A stretch of DNA of 63,306 nucleotides, the filler included, from Cercozoa sp. M6MM (taxonomy: Eukaryota; Protista; Endomyxa: Ascetosporea), in NCBI GenBank assembly GCA_040357565.1. It is 7 parts of 7 records of this genome, joined end to end, with 100 filler letters (N's around TTAATTAATTAA, not from the genome) between each part and the next. Parts side by side here need not be neighbours in the genome. Positions count along the whole stretch, not along the records: positions 49,039 to 61,633 come from JBDODJ010000374.1; positions 61,734 to 63,306 come from JBDODJ010001990.1; 5 more parts are not named here. One strand, 5' to 3'. Of this stretch, positions 57,801 to 63,306 are shown piece by piece; within the stretch, counting starts at the first letter, position 1, and each line of letters opens with the position of its first letter. The position numbers and the translations under genes are program-made. The notes beneath the pieces are model-generated. The model searched no databases. It was not told where the DNA came from and saw only the letters and a list, made by a program, of their open reading frames with translations.

Positions 57801-60800
57801 ATACACATACATACACACACATATACACATGCACACACACACACACGATATTGCCTGGGAGGAAAAGCGAAAAGACTACCTGCTCATCGCGCCAGGGCAG
57901 GGCAACGACGGCGTCGTCGTGCCGCGCCAAGTTCGGGTCGCGCTGCGTGTGTCGCTGCACCAGCGACAGGTGCGCATCCACGGCCTCGGCCAGGGTATCT
58001 GCCGACTCTGCACACACTTACAGGAAACACAAAGTGTACACTCACACCTGCCTAGTGTACAAAAAGACAGGACATGAGGAGAGGCTACGCTGAGCACTGC
58101 GTTGCTGCTTGAGCTGTCGTGCCGTCACCACGTCGCGCAACAGTTGCTCAATGCTGCCCATTTTCTTGTAGATTGCCAGCGAGTACAGCGCCGTCTCTGC
58201 GCATACAAACACACATATAGTACACAACACACAACAGACATGTGGCACCTGGCTTTTGTTCCGACGGTGGCGCTTCCTTCTGTTGCTTGCGCGAACCAAC
58301 GGCAGAAGCAGCACCCGTCGGTGTCACCAGTTCTGTTGCTGCTCGCGTTGAAGCGGTGGTGTTAATGCTTACAGCAATGTTGGCGCGCTCCCAGGCCAGG
58401 TAGTGCTGCCGCACCACTGCTTGCTCTGCGAAACCAGAGGCAAACTCCACACACAAGATACAGAGACAAGCCACTTTGGGGTACCAACAGAGCGCAGGTC
58501 GTCGTGCAAGTCAGGCAGCACTGCGTGAATCAATTCGATCTGCACACACACGCAGATAGACACCTCATTCAAACAAAGTACACATCTCCACGAGCGGACG
58601 GGTACATGTGCATCCAACGCCTCCTGCAGCTGGGCCTGCTGCGCCTGCTCGAGTGCATGTGCATTGTCGACACTTGCACCGACCGATCGCAGCAGCTTTC
58701 GTTGCTCCTCGTGTGCCTGTGCATCACCAGACAGTATTGTGCATGTAAAACAATAAATTGCATGGTGTGTGTGTGTGTTACCTGCAGGAGTTGTCGCAGC
58801 CGGCGTTGTCGCTGCCCGCGTAGTGTGGCGGCTGCGCACTCCACCGCCACTCGGCACACGTCCGCCTTGCCTTCCTCACTGAGAGAAGAACACGCAGACA
58901 GTCAATGTACACACACACACACACACACATGTTCACACATACGCATGCCACACACACACACACACACGAGTTGGAGTACCTCGTGACCAACCGCAGCTGC
59001 AACAAACGTCGCATCTGCGACACTTGTTCCGACGACAGTGCCCGACGCTCTTCTCTTTGAAGCTCTTCGGTGGATTGCACTTGCTCCTGTTGTCGCACAC
59101 ACCACATCATAAGCAACCTTGTTCCTCATGGGTGCGTGTGTGCACAGTGAAACAATACCAACTGAGCTCGCAGCAACTGCAGCTGCAGTTCGGCATTGCC
59201 GCGACGTCGACTCGCGTCGCGTTCGCGTGCGTGCTGCTGCGCCAGGTTTTGCGACACCTCGTGCTTGCTCTCTGCCTCTGCCTCCTCCTGCTCTTCCTTC
59301 TCTTCCTCTTCGTGCTCGCTGTCTCGCTTCTCTCTCTCTATGCCGCCAATGTCAACGTCGCCTGCGCGCAGCTGCAGTTCCACCAGTTTCGTCTTCAATA
59401 CCGCACACTCCTCCTCGGCACTGCGACAAGAGAGGTTACACGCACACAAACATACATACACAAACACAGGTTGTATGCACACATGAGCACACCTCTTGGC
59501 TCGCTGCTCTTCCTCCAGACGCCTCTGTCGTGCCTGGTAACACGACACATGTATGATGGTATCGAAATACTACTCCGAGCCGCAACGGCACTAACAGCGG
59601 AAAGCAGCACGTTTGTCAAATTACCTGTGCCAGGGTGGCCGCAGTCAGTGCTTGCAAATCGGCCTGCTGTTGTTGCTGCAGTGTCTGCACAAGCACACAC
59701 CCACTCACACCACACACACACACACACAAACACACGCACACACACACACACACGGACAAACAAGTCGGGCCGAGAGCAGCGGTACCGAGACACGCGCGAC
59801 CTCGCGCTTCGCAGCCTCGGCAATCTGCTGCTGCTCCTTGGCAGCGCGTTCCTGTTCGTGCTGCAGCTGCTGCAGCTGCTGCTTTCGATTCTCCTGTGAC
59901 TCTTGTTCCTTCATACAAACACACAAACACACGCATACTCAAACACACATACACGTGGAGGAGACGTATCAAACTGCACACCTGCTGTCGTTTCTGACGC
60001 TCTCGGCGCAGTTTTTGCAGTCGCGATCGCCGGCGCTCCTGCTGTTCGCGCAGTACCTTGGCCGCTTCGCCACTGTGATGCACAACACACAGCACACTCA
60101 CACATACATACAAAGGAGGATGTATGCAAGGTGGAGGCACCTCTTGACGTCGACACCGACCGTGTCGCTCGCAATCTCCAGTGACATGCCGTCGATGCTG
60201 CTGGCCAGCGCACTCACCTGTGCCAGCACACCCTCGCTTCTGACCTGTGGCGCCAATAGAATCGGCACACAAACACACAACACACTCACACACACAAATC
60301 ACACACACACACATACACACATACACACACATACACACACACATACACATACACACATACACACACACAGTTTCTCCTAATACGAAAAGAGGTAATCACC
60401 GTGTCCGTGTCGGTAGCAGCCACTTGACGCAGCATCTGTCGCTCCGCGCGCTCCAGTCGCCGCAACGCCGCTTCCTCCGTTGCCTCCGTCTCTGCCAGTG
60501 CCGCCTCGGGCAACGTCTGCACCGCTGTAGCACGCACACACATGCTAACTTTAAGACGCTGTTCTCTTGCATTGAGTGGTAGCGTGTACCCTCGTGCGCA
60601 AAGGATGCGAACCAGGCGCCAACCGTGCCAGTCCTGACGTGGCTGAGGTCACAACAAACAGTCACAAATGTGTTGTCTTTAAACAATATTCCAATACTAG
60701 ACACGAATACAAAGCTTCGTACCTCGCTTTCGGCACTGGTAAGTCTCGCAGCAAGTCCTCTTCCACCTGTTCAATCTCACCAACACATTAATTAAGTGCA

Positions 60801-60967
60801 TGCACAAAGAGAGATCACACCTGCGCACACGACGTCACGCGTCGCATGAAAGCCACGCCCTCGTCGTCGCTGTCGTCGTAAAAGTGTGCTCGCAGTGTTA
60901 CAAGTGCCTCGCGCAGCGCCGGTTGCAGCTCGCTTCGGTAGCGCGACAATTCCCTGCACACACACAC

Positions 60968-61009
<42 letters not shown>

Positions 61010-61538
61010 ATACACACACACACACACGCATACACACAAACACACGCATACACACAAACACACGCAGGTGCTGGGCAGGAAGATTGTCCAACTCACCTGC
61101 CTAGTGCGGCAACATTGTGCGCGTCGCGACACTGAGCCAGTGCGGCCTAGTTTTATTCAAGTGTAGTGCTGTGCTCTATCTCTGCCCTCCATCACAGGAC
61201 ATGAAGAAGCCAGGATAGATACCTCATGCCGAGTCGTGGCACGTTCGAGCTTTCGCATGATGCGCTGCAAAGTGCCTATCCAAACAAGAGAAAGATACCC
61301 AGGCCTCTTCTGAGATATCGTACTGTAGGCTTGTACCATCATGTGCACACGCATCGCGCAGTGCCTCTGCTACAGGGAGTTCCTGTCCAGCATTCTCAAG
61401 TAACACACAAGACGACACAGAGAGGCACGCACTTTATCGGTGCCTATGATACAAGTGCAACCAACTACCTCGTGCTCGTCTCGAGCCTGGCGCGCCTCTT
61501 CGAACGCCATCGCCAGTTCCTTGTCTGCACAGACCTTA

Positions 61539-61540
<2 letters not shown>
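56817..61540 (-). CDS. Large coiled-coil (E/Q/R-rich) hypothetical protein, 5'-partial
   Basis: More than 15 spliceable exons, e.g. ENRKQQLQQLQHEQERAAKEQQQ, EAAKVLREQQERRRSRLQKLRRERQ; globular C-terminus RTLYVHRRLLES. Confidence 0.6.
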
Positions 61541-61633
<93 letters not shown>

Positions 61634-61733
61634 NNNNNNNNNNNNNNNNNNNNNNNNNNNNNNNNNNNNNNNNNNNNTTAATTAATTAANNNNNNNNNNN
61701 NNNNNNNNNNNNNNNNNNNNNNNNNNNNNNNNN

Positions 61734-61781
<48 letters not shown>

Positions 61782-61828
61782 GTATATATATGAGACGAAT
61801 GTACCCAACTGTGTGTTTGTGTACTCAG

Positions 61829-62129
61829 ATCATGCACATTCGTCTGGATACGTGGCAGAACATGCCGGAGCAGGAGTACGAACCTATGATTCAGCAGTCG
61901 CGCGGCATCTGGGTCAATGTCGAGATCATGGCCACTGGGTACCGTGTGTGTTTTCTGGGGGCATATGTGCACACATACCTGACACAACACTGTGTGTCTG
62001 TGTAGTCGCTACGAGGCCATTGAGATGCTGCGCATGATGGGCTTCCAGATCAAGGCGCCCACCATCAAGAAGACCGAGTGGGTGCCCAAGTACGGCCACT
62101 ACAAGGAGGTGCGCGTCGCTGCCGAGTAG
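61829..62129 (+). CDS. 3' end of a possible mitochondrial ribosomal protein uL5
   Basis: SRGIWVNVEIMATG|RYEAIEMLRMMGFQI resembles the uL5 C-terminus RGxxIxIxTTA...AxxLLxxxGFP. Confidence 0.45.
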
Positions 62130-62399
62130 AGTGCAAAGGACGGACAGACCTCTCCCTGCTGCCCACTCAGTGGCTTGCAACTTATCTCGCTTTATATACC
62201 GCGTCATCGCGGTGCCTATAGCTCAGCTACGTAGCAGCGCAACAGCGTCATTTTCTGATCTGCCAGATATTGATATCGGACCGTACCGGGCTCGTTAAGT
62301 GCATGTGGGTGCACTAATATGGATACAATTTCGTGCGAGTAAGGATCAAGATCCGACTGAGCACACTGAAGAACTAACTAATTAACTAACATAACCGAC

Positions 62400-62904
62400 T
62401 CAGGTCGACATTGGCGGTAAGGTGGGCAGCTTCTTCTTCGGCGCCTTCTTCCGCAGGTTGGAACTCGGGGAGACGCGAGACGGAGCGCCGGAGGGGACGT
62501 CGGCCGAGGAGACGTCGGCCGAAGAAACGTCGGCCGCTATGGTGCTGCTGTTGGTCTCCTCGACAGGCTATGCACACAGCAGGCGTCATAGACAAGTGAT
62601 ACACCCTTCTCCCCATTCAAACCCACCGGCCAGGTTACTAGGTTACCAGTGTGTGAGATTCCTCGGTAGAAAGACGCGGCGGCGGCCTCGAGGGCAGGCC
62701 AGGCGGTGTCACTTCCTGGGATGGGACGGCTGGAGAGGAAGGACAGGACGGGGATGGCGCAAAGAAAGACGACAGCAGGCCGCTGTGCTGCACGGCCGTC
62801 TGCTGGCACAGCGTGTCAAAATACGCGTTGAGTTTGTCGACGCGCTTGCTGGCCGATGTGGCGATGAACCGTGACGGAAACTAGAGAGGGAGGAGGTAGA
62901 TAGG

Positions 62905-62999
<95 letters not shown>

Positions 63000-63010
63000 T
63001 AGATAAAGAC

Positions 63011-63068
<58 letters not shown>

Positions 63069-63112
63069 TATAGATATTATAGATGTTATATATATTAGAT
63101 AGAGAGACAGAG

Positions 63113-63151
<39 letters not shown>

Positions 63152-63306
63152 CAGATAGATAGATAGAGAGAGATAGGTAGAGAGGTAGATAGGAAACAAG
63201 GAAGGTACATTGGGCAGGTCAGCCTTGGCCCGAGCAGTCGGCAGAAGTTTCCGCAGCTGCCGGTGGAAGGCCGCCAGCACCGAGTAACGCTTCGACACCT
63301 TCCACT
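62400..63306 (-). CDS. PX-domain protein, 5'-partial, with Pro-rich tail
   Basis: [18 protein letters not shown]...LPN|FPSRF...[13 protein letters not shown]...SFF matches the PX consensus RRYSxFxxLHxxL...LPxxP...RxxxLxxYL. Confidence 0.75.
62898..63192. repeat. Compound (GATA)n/(TA)n intronic microsatellite
   Basis: Direct. Confidence 0.95.

Overview
Draft-assembly window from a compact, very intron-rich eukaryotic (probably protist) nuclear genome; the taxon cannot be determined from sequence alone. Six 100-nt N-TTAATTAATTAA-N linkers split it into seven joined pieces, so gene neighbourhoods across linkers are not reliable. Genes are broken into many short exons by mostly ~40-70-nt GT-AG introns, many of them inflated by (GT)n/(CA)n, (TATG)n, (GATA)n or G-rich tracts, which makes most of the ORF track noise. 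Manual splicing gives about 27 protein genes or fragments. Recognisable ones are dynamitin (DCTN2), a C-terminal RING protein, an LRR protein, BCD1/ZNHIT6, selenophosphate synthetase SPS2 (in-frame Sec UGA plus a GUGA-core type II SECIS), a Sen1/Upf1-like SF1 helicase, bestrophin, a DUF962 protein, NAA40, a CBS-domain protein, a J-domain protein lacking HPD, an RGS protein, exportin-7, COG8, a DHHC palmitoyltransferase and a PX protein. There is also one tRNA-Gln(UUG) and possible LTR-retroelement relics. The best leads are: (1) an otherwise intact nuclear tRNA-Gln whose first two acceptor pairs are mismatched, the pattern of Thg1-like 5' editing; (2) an unrecognised secreted protein with two duplicated Gly/Tyr/Asn/Trp repeat blocks and a likely 5-nt micro-exon; (3) SPS2 recoding; (4) an unexplained frame change in bestrophin; (5) a duplicated, inverted COG8 exon between complementary C-rich and G-rich tracts; (6) recurrent intergenic TA/CG-rich palindromes. 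All family calls come from remembered motifs, not database searches, and gene boundaries are approximate.
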